The translations under genes and the position numbers were made by a program. Positions 28,463 through 37,552 of a stretch of DNA of 64,000 nucleotides are shown piece by piece. Below the pieces are notes generated by a model. It saw only the letters and a list, made by a program, of their open reading frames with translations, had not been told where the DNA came from and searched no databases. This DNA comes from a virus. The stretch is taken from positions 60,314 to 124,313 of the IMG/VR virus record IMGVR_UViG_3300025875_000003; one strand, 5' to 3'. Position 1 is the stretch's first letter, and every line of letters starts with the position of its first letter.

Positions 28463-28749
28463 CTAAGAAGTTTGTAAGAGAAACCTTTCCCAGCGGAGCA
28501 GCAGCCTTTTTTTCGGCAGACCGGCCGGTGTTTGATTTGGTTGATCTAAGTGTTAAGGACGTAGAAGGAAAGACTTATCTACAGGGATGGACTTCTCCCA
28601 ACAAGGATTTTGTTTTTGACGTCACTCAGCCCATCGAAACGGATAACGGCTGGCGGGTCAAGACCCTGGAAGGCAAGAAGGTTTTTCTCTCGCCTCTGTC
28701 GAAGGACAGAGGAGACCGTATGACGGCACGAGTAAAGGACAGTATCTGA
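28450..28749 (+). CDS. Small hypothetical protein overlapping the end of the giant gene
   Basis: 99-aa ORF; translationally coupled. Confidence 0.65.
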   Translation: MERVTKKFVRETFPSGAAAFFSADRPVFDLVDLSVKDVEGKTYLQGWTSPNKDFVFDVTQPIETDNGWRVKTLEGKKVFLSPLSKDRGDRMTARVKDSI

Positions 28750-29048
28750 TGGCTACTTACTTGATTCACAAGAACCTTGATGGCGAACCCATTGGCTCCT
28801 GGAATGATGCGGGTGAATCCGCATATGCGGCCGGGTTTGACGATCAGAGGGGCAGTGGTCGTCTTACTGTTCAGGACAAGGGCTGGGGCGTTCCCTGGTC
28901 TGTCTTTGCACGTCGATTGGCTGCCACCACTAATTTTCATGAGTGGTGGGGTGTACTAGAACATAATGGCACCCCAGAGGCTGCGTTGGATGATGTCCGG
29001 AACACATTTTTTTCTCGTGCCGCTTCTCGTACTCCCCGAGATCGTTAA
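28749..29048 (+). CDS. Small hypothetical protein
   Basis: 99-aa ORF; TGATG coupling. Confidence 0.65.
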   Translation: MATYLIHKNLDGEPIGSWNDAGESAYAAGFDDQRGSGRLTVQDKGWGVPWSVFARRLAATTNFHEWWGVLEHNGTPEAALDDVRNTFFSRAASRTPRDR

Positions 29049-29068
29049 TGTCAACTACAAGCCTGATT

Positions 29069-29084
29069 GGTCGATAGTATGAGT
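29069..29084 (+). promoter_or_regulatory. Putative late promoter GGTCGATAGTATGAGT directly before ATG 29085 (copy 3)
   Basis: Same spacing to the ATG as copy 1. Confidence 0.8.
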
Positions 29085-30176
29085 ATGGCCGGTTTTGCGA
29101 TTGTTCCTCAGCCTCACGGCAGTGAAGGCTTTGTGAAGTTGTCGCGTACCCCCCAAGGCAAGATTTACGAGAAGCACATTCTTAATTACGGCCCGCTGTT
29201 CTACCCCGGTGTACGCGGCGGCGCGGTAGACATTAATGACGCTTGGGCGGACAGGCTTATTGCCAACTTCAAGGCTCAGGTTTGCGATATTGTTCAGGTG
29301 CCGCTGGCCGGTGCTAATAATGAGCATTCGGAAGATCCTTCCAGAAATATCGGTGAAGTCGTAGGCCTCGTAAAGCGCAACAAGAAGATCTATGCGCAGA
29401 TAGATGCACGAGACGAGGTAGCCGCCTCTCGTCTAGGTAAGACGCTGCTAGGGGCTTCTGCGCTGTTGCACCTTAACTACACGGATACTCGTACAAATCA
29501 AAAGGTTGGTCCTACGCTGCTGCATGTGGCGGTTACGAATCGTCCTTATGTTGTAGGTCTTGAAGATTACAAGGAAGTTATTGCCGCAAGCGCTATTGGT
29601 GCAAATGCGGTCGATGGTATGAGGGAAGCGGTAGTGCTTTCCGCCCCGAACTCGCAGGAGGACAAGATGGAACTCGATGACCTGAAGGCTGAACTGAAGG
29701 CCGATTACGGCATCGACGTTGACGCGCTTGTGCTCAGCGCGGGCGTCGTGGACAACGCTGTTGCGCTCAGCAATTCCGTACAGGAGGCCCTCACCGAGCA
29801 GGGGTTTCTTGCCCTTTCCAACGACGGCGAGCCCTCTACAGAGGACTTGGTCGGTGCCATCAACAAGGCTGGCGAGCAGATTGTGTCTCTGACCGCTGAG
29901 GTTGAGGCTGTTCGTACTGAGAAGGCCAAGACTGATGCTGAGTCACATGTTGACTCTCTGGTTCGTTCGGGTCACATTCTCCCCAAGAATCGAGACGCAC
30001 AGGTAACTCTTCTGCTCTCTAATGCAGAACTGTTCGACCAGTTGCTGCCGGAGCAGCCTCTAGTTCGTCTCTCAAATGAGGGGGGCGAGATCGGTACCCA
30101 TCCCGCCGACGAGAAGCCTGCTGGCGATGTTGCCGCTGAGGTCAATCGCCTCGCAGAACTTGCCAAGAACGCCTGA
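29085..30176 (+). CDS. Capsid maturation protease/scaffold (Mu gpI/Z-like)
   Basis: NNEHSEDPSRNIGEV; VGPTLLHVAVTNRPYV; C-terminal coiled scaffold; start reassigned from 29067. Confidence 0.8.
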   Translation: MAGFAIVPQPHGSEGFVKLSRTPQGKIYEKHILNYGPLFYPGVRGGAVDINDAWADRLIANFKAQVCDIVQVPLAGANNEHSEDPSRNIGEVVGLVKRNKKIYAQIDARDEVAASRLGKTLLGASALLHLNYTDTRTNQKVGPTLLHVAVTNRPYVVGLEDYKEVIAASAIGANAVDGMREAVVLSAPNSQEDKMELDDLKAELKADYGIDVDALVLSAGVVDNAVALSNSVQEALTEQGFLALSNDGEPSTEDLVGAINKAGEQIVSLTAEVEAVRTEKAKTDAESHVDSLVRSGHILPKNRDAQVTLLLSNAELFDQLLPEQPLVRLSNEGGEIGTHPADEKPAGDVAAEVNRLAELAKNA

Positions 30177-30224
30177 TCTTTTTTCAACGTCCCAAAGTAC
30201 TAACTCCTTGAAGGGGAGAAACCG

Positions 30225-30614
30225 ATGGCTACTGAGTACCCCGGCAATGCGATTCCGGCTCCCGGCTTTAAGTCTGGGAACAACACCGAGGATCTTGAAC
30301 TTCTCTACTCGACTGTTGGGTACGTCCAGAAGGGCGTAACTCTGGAGCCGGGTCAGGGCGTTCTTCCTCTGGGCACCTTTATTAAGCAGAATCCGGCAAC
30401 TAAGCGCTATGTCCGAGCCACTTCTGGTGTAGAGGGTGTCCTGCGCAAGACCGTGGACACCGGAACGGACACGGATGCTCAGGTCTGGCTAGGCAACATT
30501 CTCTTCGGAGGCACACTGAAGTTGCCTCTGGTCTCTTCGGCCAACTCTGGTGTGACCTTGACCTCTGTGCTCAACGCTCAGGTCAACACCGTGGCGGGCT
30601 TCTTCCGCTTCTGA
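30225..30614 (+). CDS. Head decoration protein (lambda gpD-like)
   Basis: VTLEPGQGVLPLGTFI motif; sits between scaffold and capsid. Confidence 0.75.
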   Translation: MATEYPGNAIPAPGFKSGNNTEDLELLYSTVGYVQKGVTLEPGQGVLPLGTFIKQNPATKRYVRATSGVEGVLRKTVDTGTDTDAQVWLGNILFGGTLKLPLVSSANSGVTLTSVLNAQVNTVAGFFRF

Positions 30615-30808
30615 TCGGCTCTACCCTTCGGGACGTTGAGGGTGCGGCTCAGGACAAGATTCTGAGCCAATCCCTGAGTGGTCCGCAGGATTACTCTAAA
30701 CAGACCAGCCAAGTGACTCCCTTAGATGGGAGGGCGCAGGTCGGCGGCTTTCTCGGTCGCGCTGCTTCGGATTAAGAGACATACCGACCCCTGAAAGGAA
30801 GCCCTGCG
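30615..30808 (+). ncRNA. Structured intergenic RNA ahead of the major capsid gene
   Basis: Stems 30646-54/30660-68, 30676-84/30688-96 and 30717-21/30728-32 in a 194-nt gap. Confidence 0.45.
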
Positions 30809-31855
30809 ATGACCGAGATCTCGCTGCTTCAGCCGCTCGTCCTCCGTCAGGTGGTCGAGAAGTTCACCGCTCCGGAGACCCTGACCCTCCTTAACCGCGT
30901 TCCGCAGACGCCGTGGCCGTTCCCGACCGCGCAGTGGGAGGTCATTCGTGGCTCCCGTGCCGTGGCCCGACCGAACGTGCCCAACTCTGAGGCACACATC
31001 GTGCCCCGTCTGGGCCGTAGCACTGAGTCTGCTGCGTTCGTCTACCTTCGTGAGAAGAAGGTCTTTGAGCCGACGACTCTGCATTGGCTCCGTCAGGCCG
31101 CGAATAACCTGACCGACCTCAACAAGACCAACGCTGAGGCTGCGGTTCTGCGCGAGGTCCGCGACCTCAACCAGCGCTTCGACAACTTCGCTGAGTACAT
31201 GCTCTGGCAGTCGCTAACCGGCGTTCTGTCCTTCGACTATCCGGACGTTGTTGCGAACGTGGACTACAAGTTCCTCGACTCGCACAAGCCCGTTGTTGGC
31301 ACCTCCTGGGAGACGGCGACCCCGGCGCAGATTGTTGCTGACATCCGTGCCTGGAAGCGCCTTATCACCCGTGATGGCCGCGTTTCGGGCAACGAGGCCT
31401 ACGCCACTGAGGCCACCATTGAGCGCATCTTCCAGGCGTTCGCTGCGAATGGTTCTACCCCGGCTGTTCTTCTCTCTGACCGGATGAAGGACCAGTACTA
31501 CACCACGGGTACGCTGCCCGGCTTCATGGGTCTGGACTGGCGTCCGCAGGAGTCAGTCTATGACGCCACCGGGGCAGGCTACACGGCGGCAGGTTCGACT
31601 CGGGAGACCGAGCAGCAGTTCCTGAAGGACGACGCTATCGTTCTCGGTAACTTCACGGAGAACCGGCCCATCGAGTTGATGATTGGCCCGACCGCTGACG
31701 ATGAGGCCCCTGAGGGCTTCACCGGCAAGTTTGCCAAGACGTGGAAGGACAAGGACCCGAGCGCCCGGCAGTACTTGCTGGAGTGGAACCTGCTTCCCAT
31801 CATCACCCGCCCGGAGCAGTTCGTCTACGTGGACAGCGTTACCACGGCAGGCTGA
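30809..31855 (+). CDS. Major capsid protein (lambda gpE-like)
   Basis: 348 aa; strong GAAAGGAAG RBS; highly biased codons; EYMLWQSLTG; DIRAWK; VLGN...G.FAKTW..KDPS. Confidence 0.9.
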   Translation: MTEISLLQPLVLRQVVEKFTAPETLTLLNRVPQTPWPFPTAQWEVIRGSRAVARPNVPNSEAHIVPRLGRSTESAAFVYLREKKVFEPTTLHWLRQAANNLTDLNKTNAEAAVLREVRDLNQRFDNFAEYMLWQSLTGVLSFDYPDVVANVDYKFLDSHKPVVGTSWETATPAQIVADIRAWKRLITRDGRVSGNEAYATEATIERIFQAFAANGSTPAVLLSDRMKDQYYTTGTLPGFMGLDWRPQESVYDATGAGYTAAGSTRETEQQFLKDDAIVLGNFTENRPIELMIGPTADDEAPEGFTGKFAKTWKDKDPSARQYLLEWNLLPIITRPEQFVYVDSVTTAG

Positions 31856-31872
31856 TCTTCGGACCTTTTCTG

Positions 31873-31905
31873 AGAAGGCCCCTCACTTCGGTGGGGGGCC
31901 TTCTT
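31873..31905 (+). terminator. Intrinsic terminator-like hairpin after the capsid gene
   Basis: AGAAGGCCCCTCAC-TTCG-GTGGGGGGCCTTCT. Confidence 0.85.
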
Positions 31906-32004
31906 GGTAAGTACCTGTGGAGCGTGTAATACTAAGAGTTTTGCGCTATCATAGATATGTCCTAAACACGGTCAACGGCGTAAAGCCGAAGGAGAGTATG
32001 ACTC

Positions 32005-32646
32005 ATGGCCAATAGCCCCCGCACTAAGTCCACTCCCTCTCCTGCCCCCGCAGCCGGGGGTGAGGTCGCGGATTTTGATGCTCTGCTGGAAACCACTCCA
32101 GACACGCCCGTAGAGGAAAGTGAAGAGCAGCGTAAGATCCGAGAGTTGGAAGCAGAACTGGCTCAACCTCTTCCTGAGCCTGAGGAAGATTTCATTCCTA
32201 CGGAGAAGTTGAGTCCCGAGCAGCAGAGAATCAGGGAACTAGAAGACCTTATCGCTCGCAGAAACGCGGAGATCGAGCAGCGCAAGGCGGCTTCTTTCCA
32301 ACAGGTAGATGCAGAGGGCAGAGATACCATCCTCTTCCATGTCCTGAAGGATGGCTTTACTGTCAATGGGACCGTGTTTTATCGAGGCCAAGAAGTGGAG
32401 TTCGTGGTCGGCTCCAAGGCTTACGAGGACACCAAGGACCGTAATGGAAGCACGTTTCTAGATCTAGTCAATGATGTTCGGGGCCAATATCAGCGCTGGG
32501 GAGCGCAGTACGTGGCTCCCGGCCCCTGGCCTTTTGAGCAGTGGGGGTCCACTGCTGGTCTGACAGATGCTGATGAGATCGAGGCGGCACAGAAGGCCGC
32601 TGAGGCAGAACGTCGTCGGGGTCGCGCGGCTCCGGTTATTCGCTGA
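32005..32646 (+). CDS. Hypothetical acidic/coiled-coil protein
   Basis: 213-aa ORF with GAAGGAG RBS; GCGCTATCAT -10 at about 31943. Confidence 0.7.
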   Translation: MANSPRTKSTPSPAPAAGGEVADFDALLETTPDTPVEESEEQRKIRELEAELAQPLPEPEEDFIPTEKLSPEQQRIRELEDLIARRNAEIEQRKAASFQQVDAEGRDTILFHVLKDGFTVNGTVFYRGQEVEFVVGSKAYEDTKDRNGSTFLDLVNDVRGQYQRWGAQYVAPGPWPFEQWGSTAGLTDADEIEAAQKAAEAERRRGRAAPVIR

Positions 32647-32664
32647 GCGTTTTAGGAGAGCAGC

Positions 32665-33192
32665 GTGGCTGAGTATCCCGCATTGAATAAGGGTGACCTG
32701 AGTAGGTTTTCGGGGCGTCCTACTGCTGCGTACGGTAATGCAGGCGCTTTGCGCACTGCTATTACTCAGGCCACGCTGCTCTTCAAGATTGCTACGTGCC
32801 GTTCTGACTTTCCTGATAACGAGCAGGATGCAGAATTGGCTACCATGGCCATTGCCGCATACGCGGACCACATCTATCTGAGGTTGCCCTTTGCCAAGGC
32901 AGAGGCCAGCCCATTCTCGTCCGAGTCTCTTGGTTCTTACTCTTACTCCAAGTCCGCGTCCGCTGCGGCCAAGGGAGACAAGACCGGAATCATGTGGTTC
33001 GATCTGGCTGTGGATAGGCTTAGTCAGTGTGACATTTCAGATGGAGTTCCCACGCACGGCGGCGTTGAGATCTTCGAACACGACGCTCCTATGGTCCGCT
33101 CTGGTGAAAGTGGGCTGAGAATGTTGTCTCCGCAGGATCTTTCGTACCATGAGGCGCACGTGCACGATCCTCTACCCAACGGGGTGTACTGA
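32665..33192 (+). CDS. Head-to-tail adaptor
   Basis: Position; PFSSESLGSYSYSK motif. Confidence 0.7.
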   Translation: MAEYPALNKGDLSRFSGRPTAAYGNAGALRTAITQATLLFKIATCRSDFPDNEQDAELATMAIAAYADHIYLRLPFAKAEASPFSSESLGSYSYSKSASAAAKGDKTGIMWFDLAVDRLSQCDISDGVPTHGGVEIFEHDAPMVRSGESGLRMLSPQDLSYHEAHVHDPLPNGVY

Positions 33193-33614
33193 TGCAGCAC
33201 TTGTACGCCTCGGTGGTGCGCCTAGAGCGCATGAACATGACTCAGGCTAACGGTGTGGCCACCATGTCCTGGAACGTCGTCCCTGGGGGCGAATACGTGC
33301 CTTGTCGGCTGGACCTGAACTTCTTGCGTCCGGGAAAGGACATTGCTCCTGCTCCAGTAGCGGGTAAGGCCCCTGATCGCATCGGGCTTCTCATCTGTGA
33401 TGAGGATGTTCCTGTGAAGGCAGGAGACAGGATCGTATCCATTCCGGGAGATGACGGAGAGGTTGCTGTCCCGGGCACGTTCGAGATTCGTGTCATTCCG
33501 GACAGGGTGGTGGGGTATGCGTCGGCCCATCACTTGGAGATCCAGATTCTAGAAACCAATCAGGCTCTGGAAGATGTCTGGCCCGGCGACGAAGACTTGG
33601 ACGGATTGCTGTGA
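33192..33614 (+). CDS. Head-to-tail stopper
   Basis: Position; VPCRLD, VKAGDRI, HHLEIQI. Confidence 0.7.
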   Translation: MQHLYASVVRLERMNMTQANGVATMSWNVVPGGEYVPCRLDLNFLRPGKDIAPAPVAGKAPDRIGLLICDEDVPVKAGDRIVSIPGDDGEVAVPGTFEIRVIPDRVVGYASAHHLEIQILETNQALEDVWPGDEDLDGLL

Positions 33615-33979
33615 TCAAAATTATCAGTGATTACAGTGAGATAGAGGCTGAGTTGGACAGGCTGGAAGTTCAGCCGTCTTCCAAGGTTATTGCTTTGCTG
33701 GAATCAGTTCTATCCACGGGCTTTGCTGCAACTCTTGCTGCCGTTCACGTAGACACGGGCTCTTTGAAGTCTTCGGCCAAGCGGGACTCCACCGTAGATT
33801 TTTCTCGCAACCGCTGGGAGGGCACCATTAGGTTTGGTGGTCCTTCTGCTGGAGTGAACAACCCAGTAGATTACGCCATTTATGAGAAGGCGCGTGACGG
33901 CGCACACGACTTTATGTCTCCTCTACCCGCACTTGATCCCATGTACGTGGCAAGCATCAAGGAGGGGCTAGGTAGATGA
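33611..33979 (+). CDS. Tail completion protein (HK97 gp10-like)
   Basis: VHVDTGSLKSS; VDYAIYE; HDFM. Confidence 0.65.
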   Translation: MIKIISDYSEIEAELDRLEVQPSSKVIALLESVLSTGFAATLAAVHVDTGSLKSSAKRDSTVDFSRNRWEGTIRFGGPSAGVNNPVDYAIYEKARDGAHDFMSPLPALDPMYVASIKEGLGR

Positions 33980-34536
33980 CGAGATTGACGCTGGCCGCAC
34001 GTAATCTTCTCGTTCAGGTGCCTGAGGTGCAGGCTCTGAGAGAGATGGGCCGCATTGGTCGAGGAGCCACGTGGCCCGATGGCTGGATTTTTGATTCTCG
34101 GCCATATGCCACCATCGAGCAATATTCCCGCAAGGCACTCGTAGTCATCTCGTACGCAGGGACGTGGATGGCTCCTAACGAGCACAATAGTGCACACTTC
34201 CACCGGCTGTACGTGGACATCTGGGCATCTCCGACAAGATTGCCTGACGGCACGCCAGAGCGTGAAGACGCAGACATGCTCATTGAGACGGTATGGGAAG
34301 CCCTGTCTACGCACTTGCACACCGTCAATCGAGACGTGCCCTCTGATGGCTCTGTGAGCCCTCTCCTGGGGCTTCCGGGCCATCCCCGGGTGTGGGGTAC
34401 TGCTGAGGAGATCGAAGCCCGTACAGGCGTTGTGGTGTTGGGCTCTCAGCAGTTGGGAGAGCCTGATCTATCCGATGTTCGTGATGGTAACGGTGCTCGC
34501 ATGGGTCGATACGTCATTGGTGTCCAAACTATCTAA
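33976..34536 (+). CDS. Tail terminator
   Basis: Position; RLYVDIWA motif. Confidence 0.6.
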   Translation: MTRLTLAARNLLVQVPEVQALREMGRIGRGATWPDGWIFDSRPYATIEQYSRKALVVISYAGTWMAPNEHNSAHFHRLYVDIWASPTRLPDGTPEREDADMLIETVWEALSTHLHTVNRDVPSDGSVSPLLGLPGHPRVWGTAEEIEARTGVVVLGSQQLGEPDLSDVRDGNGARMGRYVIGVQTI

Positions 34537-34572
34537 TTTCTAAATCAATCGCTAGAGACCCTGGAGGTCCGT

Positions 34573-35676
34573 ATGCGTGTTCTGGTCCAGATTCCTCTTA
34601 GTACATTTTCGGGTTACGGCCAAGATGGGTTGGGTCTTACACGTGCCCTGATGCGTAGAGGTGTAGATGTTTACCTACTGCCTACGGCGGTGCAAGCCCC
34701 GTTGCCGCCTGATGTGGCAATGTTGCTCACCAAGGAGACCAAGGGGCCTTTCGATCTTGGAATTGTTCATGTGGACCCCATTAGTATGAAGGTGACCCAG
34801 GAGTTTAAGGATTCCTGTGACATGCTCATCGGGTGGTCTATGTGGGAGTATTCAAATCTTCGTAATGCTCCGGGGCGCTCTACGCTTCGCAAGCGTTTGA
34901 AGTATCTGGATGCCATGGTGGGATATGACCGGGTGTCATCTGAAGGATTTCGTGAGTTCTTCAAGGGGCCAGTACTTACTCAGCAGGGTGGCTATGAGCC
35001 CTCTGATTGGAAGTTCATGGAACGTGACTGGCATTCAGATGAATTTTACTTTTGCCAGATTGGCGTACTCTCTGACCGCAAGAATCCATTCGCTTCCGTG
35101 CAAGCCTTCGGTGCAGCCAAGAACGAGGACGCTGAGTTCGACAAGCACGCACGTCTGATGATGAAGACTTCAGTACCGGGTCTGCACTCCAAGATGGAGG
35201 ATTTGTATCCTGGGTTGCGTATTTTTTATGATGCGTGGCCCGTAGAGACCGTCCGGGAGTTCTACCGATCCAGCCATGTTCTTCTAGCCCCATCGCGCGG
35301 GGAAGGCAAGAACATGCCTGCCCTTGAAATGATGAGTACGGGAGGGACGGTCATCGCAACGAATTGGGGGGGCCACCAGGAATGGCTTCATCCAGACTAT
35401 GCTTACCCTCTGGATTATACATTGACTCCAGTGGCAGGGTTTCCAGAGACTTACAATGCTAGTGCCGATGTGGATCATTTGAAGAATCTCATGCTCCATG
35501 CGTTCCACAATCGTGGCGAGGTTCAGCGCAAGGGTGAGGTGGCGTCCCAGATTATCCCGGCTATTTCTTCTTGGGACACTGTGGTCTCTAGGTTGTTTGA
35601 GAAGTTGCAGGACGTTCCAGGTGGCACTGAACTGAAGATCAAGGCCGATATGGCTCTCAGAGGAGCACAGCAATGA
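34573..35676 (+). CDS. GT-B (GT4-like) glycosyltransferase inside the virion operon
   Basis: FSGYGQDG; DRKNPF; LLAPSRGEGKNMPALEMMSTGGTVIATNWGGHQEW. Confidence 0.88.
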   Translation: MRVLVQIPLSTFSGYGQDGLGLTRALMRRGVDVYLLPTAVQAPLPPDVAMLLTKETKGPFDLGIVHVDPISMKVTQEFKDSCDMLIGWSMWEYSNLRNAPGRSTLRKRLKYLDAMVGYDRVSSEGFREFFKGPVLTQQGGYEPSDWKFMERDWHSDEFYFCQIGVLSDRKNPFASVQAFGAAKNEDAEFDKHARLMMKTSVPGLHSKMEDLYPGLRIFYDAWPVETVREFYRSSHVLLAPSRGEGKNMPALEMMSTGGTVIATNWGGHQEWLHPDYAYPLDYTLTPVAGFPETYNASADVDHLKNLMLHAFHNRGEVQRKGEVASQIIPAISSWDTVVSRLFEKLQDVPGGTELKIKADMALRGAQQ

Positions 35677-35912
35677 AGACCATAGAAATCCGCTGTCCCG
35701 TGGGGCCACGACGGCTTCTGTCCAAGGTCATTTCAACAGGTGGCCAGCCATATGTGCAGGACAACCTCATTGAATTTGCCTGTAATGATTGCAAAAGAAC
35801 ACTGAGGCAGGCGGGCGAGATGTCAGATGTTTTGAGAGTTCTGCACAGATTTGATCTAGTTGGAACGCTAGTTGAAAGCCGCGTGGTGTACTTTGGCGAT
35901 GAAGAGGCTTAG
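35673..35912 (+). CDS. Small Zn-ribbon-like protein
   Basis: EIRCP...FACNDC. Confidence 0.6.
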   Translation: MKTIEIRCPVGPRRLLSKVISTGGQPYVQDNLIEFACNDCKRTLRQAGEMSDVLRVLHRFDLVGTLVESRVVYFGDEEA

Positions 35913-35922
35913 CAGTCCTTTT

Positions 35923-35932
35923 GGTCGATAGT
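35923..35932 (+). promoter_or_regulatory. Putative late promoter motif GGTCGATAGT (copy 4)
   Basis: Intergenic, upstream of the major tail gene. Confidence 0.75.
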
Positions 35933-35991
35933 ACGAAAGACCGTTGATGCCACCCTCGTCTGGCGTCCGAAGAAAGAAAGGCAGGCCCAAA

Positions 35992-36570
35992 GTGGCAAAT
36001 TCAACCGTGGAGGGATTCAGCCTCTCGCACGCCGCCATCCTAAACGGGACCACCGGAGCAGAGGAAGCATTCGGTGACATTTACGGCATCCGTTCTGGAT
36101 CGCTAGAACTAGACCAGGACTCCTATGACAATACTGGTGACGATGCTATTCTGTCGTCCTGGTTCTGGGCCAACAGAGTTAATGTAACTGTTCAGTCTGG
36201 TTATGTTCCCTTCTCTACCATTGCGCTTCTTTCGGGTTCTAGAATTGACTCTTCGGGCACCGGCGCTGCGCAGACCTTCTCCCTTCCCCTGTGGGAAGAG
36301 CGGCAGATGAACACGCAGCCCCGGCCGATGTTGATTCGTGTTCCCTCCAAGGACAAGGATGGCCTTATCCGCACCTTGGACTTCATCCTCTTTAAGGTGC
36401 AGTTCCAGCCGTTCTCATTCGATGGTCCTTCGTACAAGGAAGGTCTGCTGCTTAACTACAGTGGCACCGCTTTGTTCTCGGAGACTGATGAGAAGGGTCA
36501 GCCGGTCAAGGACTCGGTTACCGGCAATAACACCAAGGCTATTGGGCGTCTGCTTTCAAAGCCTGCCTGA
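35992..36570 (+). CDS. Major tail protein
   Basis: GTG after AGAAAGG; about 190 aa; immediately upstream of the chaperone and tape measure genes. Confidence 0.8.
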   Translation: MANSTVEGFSLSHAAILNGTTGAEEAFGDIYGIRSGSLELDQDSYDNTGDDAILSSWFWANRVNVTVQSGYVPFSTIALLSGSRIDSSGTGAAQTFSLPLWEERQMNTQPRPMLIRVPSKDKDGLIRTLDFILFKVQFQPFSFDGPSYKEGLLLNYSGTALFSETDEKGQPVKDSVTGNNTKAIGRLLSKPA

Positions 36571-36611
36571 TTCCAGTAAGTCCTCGCAGTAACTAAACAA
36601 GGAGAGTCGCT

Positions 36612-37157
36612 ATGACGACCGACACCGAACTGATTACGTCCGACCCGGAGCCTCTGGTCCTATCTACAGGGACCGAGGTTCTGGTCGAGCGCTTGAAGAC
36701 CCGCCAGTTGATGCGCCTCATGAAGATTCTGACGCGCGGCGCGGGCGCTGCTCTGACAGATCTCAACTTTGATGACAGTACGTCTCGGGATGACTTTGTG
36801 GCGCAGTTGGTCATGACTGTGGTTTTCTCTATTCCTGAGGCTGAAGACGAAACTATCGACTTTGTTCGATCTATGGTTTCTCCTGCAGGGTTGATTCAGG
36901 GCCGGGGCCTGAGTAAGCCCGAGAACGAGATCAATGCCAGCAAGTACGCTGAGGTCGATGCTGAGTTTATGAACCCGGAACTAGAGGATCTGGTCTCGGT
37001 AATTGAGCGCGTAGCGAATAACGAGAGAGATCACCTCACGAGCCTGGGAAAGCGCCTGGCGGTACTTCTGAAGACGCAGCAGAAGAGCCAGGCCGCATCG
37101 CAGCGCAAGGCGTCCTCGAAGAGAACCTCCGCGCGTTCGACCCCCACGGAATCGTAG
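36612..37157 (+). CDS. Tail assembly chaperone (G form)
   Basis: Between major tail and tape measure; contains the slippery site. Confidence 0.85.
   Translation: MTTDTELITSDPEPLVLSTGTEVLVERLKTRQLMRLMKILTRGAGAALTDLNFDDSTSRDDFVAQLVMTVVFSIPEAEDETIDFVRSMVSPAGLIQGRGLSKPENEINASKYAEVDAEFMNPELEDLVSVIERVANNERDHLTSLGKRLAVLLKTQQKSQAASQRKASSKRTSARSTPTES
37046..37052 (+). promoter_or_regulatory. -1 programmed frameshift site G GGA AAG giving a G-T fusion that ends at 37540
   Basis: Lambda-type heptamer in frame (SLGK); -1 frame open from here to TAG 37538-37540 (..GKAPGG..AYDLISAEYGW..). Confidence 0.9.
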
Positions 37158-37552
37158 GAGGTTTCGCAGCCGCGTACGACCTAATTTCGGCGGAATACGG
37201 CTGGGATGACGACAAGATCGGAGATCTGCCTTTTGGAAGATTTAGGCAGATCCTGGCAGCGATTCAGATTCGCAAGTACCACCAGAAGCGCGAGGAAGAC
37301 GTTAGATTTTCGTGGATGACTAGACATATTGCAGGCTTTATTGCGGGTGGTTATCAGATTGACACCTCCAAGGGTCCGAATACAGCATTGGAGGCCGCAG
37401 GAAAGTTGACTTTGGACCCGGTGGAAAGTGCCTTCTTGGGTGCAGATACACCGGCTCAGCCAAAAGAAAACGCACCTGGGTCGTTTGAGAGGTTCATGGG
37501 AGCACTGGGTGCTTCTGGCGGTAAGAGACCAGGACAGTAGGAAGGGTTGGCA

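Noticed and set aside
36853-36861. Minus-strand GTCGATAGT
   Set aside because: Lacks the leading G, is antisense inside the chaperone gene and heads no ORF
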